DNA of 64,000 nucleotides from Microbotryum violaceum (Eukaryota): NCBI GenBank assembly GCA_001244265.2, contig CDLV01000005.1, positions 2,666,001 to 2,730,000 of the forward strand, read 5' to 3'. Shown piece by piece: positions 62,822 to 64,000 of this stretch (position 1 is its first letter; each line of letters starts with the position of its first letter). The notes under the pieces were generated by a model. It saw only the letters and a program-made list of their open reading frames with translations, ran no database searches and was not told where the DNA came from. The position numbers and the translations under genes were made by a program.

Positions 62822-64000
62822 ATGTCGAGCTTTTCGCTGAATGGACAACCGCTAACGGCCGAGAGGCTCAAGGGGATCCTCGGTACGTGGTGCACCTGCT
62901 TCCCCCCTCCCCATCTCCCGTTCCCGCCTGCCCCTCCCCCTCCCCTCCTCTCCCGCGTCCGATCCCACCACGCTCTCGTGTCAACACACGGGCGACGGAC
63001 GACCTCCGACGCGTTGGCCGCCACCTCGCCGCACCGCCGCCTGCGTGCCTTCCGTCCTCTCCTCCCCATGCATTCGCTGGGCTTGTTGACGTGCGCCATC
63101 TACTAACGCTACCTCGCTCCATTTGGGCTCGTGATAGGCCGCATCCAACAGCTCAAGAACGAGGGCGCAAACGCGCAGAACTCGCCCGAACTGGTCAGCT
63201 TGTCCAACCTGGTCAAGGCACTCTCCCAGGCGCACCAGAAGCAACAGCAGCTCGCTCGCAGCAATGCCGCACCCAACGGACTCGCCCAATCCACGGCTGT
63301 GGCACCACCATCTGCACCCCAACGTAGGTTCCCCCGTGTTTCCCCCGCGTCGAGCACGCCTCGTCGCATCGCGTCTGAGCTGACCTGGCCCCTCGCGCCG
63401 CAGCCAATGGACTTCATACTGCGCCGAACGCCTCTGCGCCACCCTCTGCACTTCCACTCAACTCTGCCATGGCGCCGAATGATGCACTCGATACGTCAAC
63501 GTCCGTGCCCGCCCCTCCCGAGCAGTCGCGTTCACCACCCGTTGTGTCCTTCACCCCTGAGCAGGTCGCCTCGCTCAGATGTCAGGTCTGGGCCTTCAAG
63601 CTCTTGTCACGCAACCTCCCCGTCCCACTTCCCCTACAGCAGGCCATCTTCTCTCCCGCCGAGGCGGCCAAACTTGTCGCTCGTATTCCCGAAGGCGCCG
63701 ACCTCCAACCCGACACCTTCGATGCGAACGGCTTCACCGTCGCCGAAGTCCGAGCCGCGAGAGACAAGGCTTACGCTGATGAAGCACCGCTCGAACAGGT
63801 CGAGAACCCCAACAGCCTCGTCTACCCACACAACGCGTATGTGACGCCGAGAGAAGCGTTCGAGGCGTCGATGACGGGCCCGACAAAGCGCATGAACGTG
63901 CTCATCCCGACTCTGCTGCCCGAAGGCCTTGACCCGCTCGTACTGATGGAAGAGCGCGATCGGTTCATCGATGCTAGGATCCAGTTCCGCATCCGAGAGC
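62822..64000 (+). CDS. SWI/SNF/RSC ATPase (Snf2/Sth1/Snf21), 5' part, runs off the window
   Basis: QLQ domain SFTPEQVASLRCQVWAFKLLSRNLPVPLPLQQAIF; IPTLLPEGLDPLVLMEERDRFIDARIQFRIRE. Confidence 0.85.

Noticed and set aside
1-64000. CRISPR arrays, rRNA/tRNA genes, mating-type genes, secondary-metabolite cluster
   Set aside because: Eukaryotic sequence with no repeat-spacer array, no recognisable structural RNA, and no pheromone/receptor/homeodomain or PKS/NRPS genes seen; neighbouring genes are functionally unrelated

Overview
Intron-rich, GC-rich fungal genomic DNA. Gene content, short GT-AG introns with CTRAC-type branch sites and LINE remnants point to a basidiomycete, probably Microbotryomycetes (Microbotryum-like; this is inference). 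About 19 spliced protein genes can be assembled by hand: alpha-arrestin, RPB5, a single-pass membrane protein, a CK2-alpha-like kinase, a SPOUT1-like methyltransferase, EMI1, GET3, a secreted PA-domain-like protein, FAM72, a DOCK GEF, PAM16, TMA20, CAB4/PPAT, a GRDP/DUF1399 protein, a small secreted peptide, DOT1, a LIM-C1-RhoGAP, a Yap1-like bZIP and the 5' part of a SNF2/STH1 ATPase. A transposon-rich island (~44.7-49.2 kb) holds a LINE 3' end, a TIR element and a solo LTR. It also holds a 3-exon gene, not recoverable as one ORF, for an 85-aa secreted prepropeptide (signal peptide, KR site, CX3C...CX3C core), the best novelty candidate. Other points: a 3-nt and a 9-nt microexon inside a LIM domain, and substitutions at hallmark motifs (CK2 DWG to DFG, GET3 CxC lost, DOCK sensor Val to Pro, Yap1 lacking the n-CRD). 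Exon boundaries were read manually and need RNA-seq confirmation.
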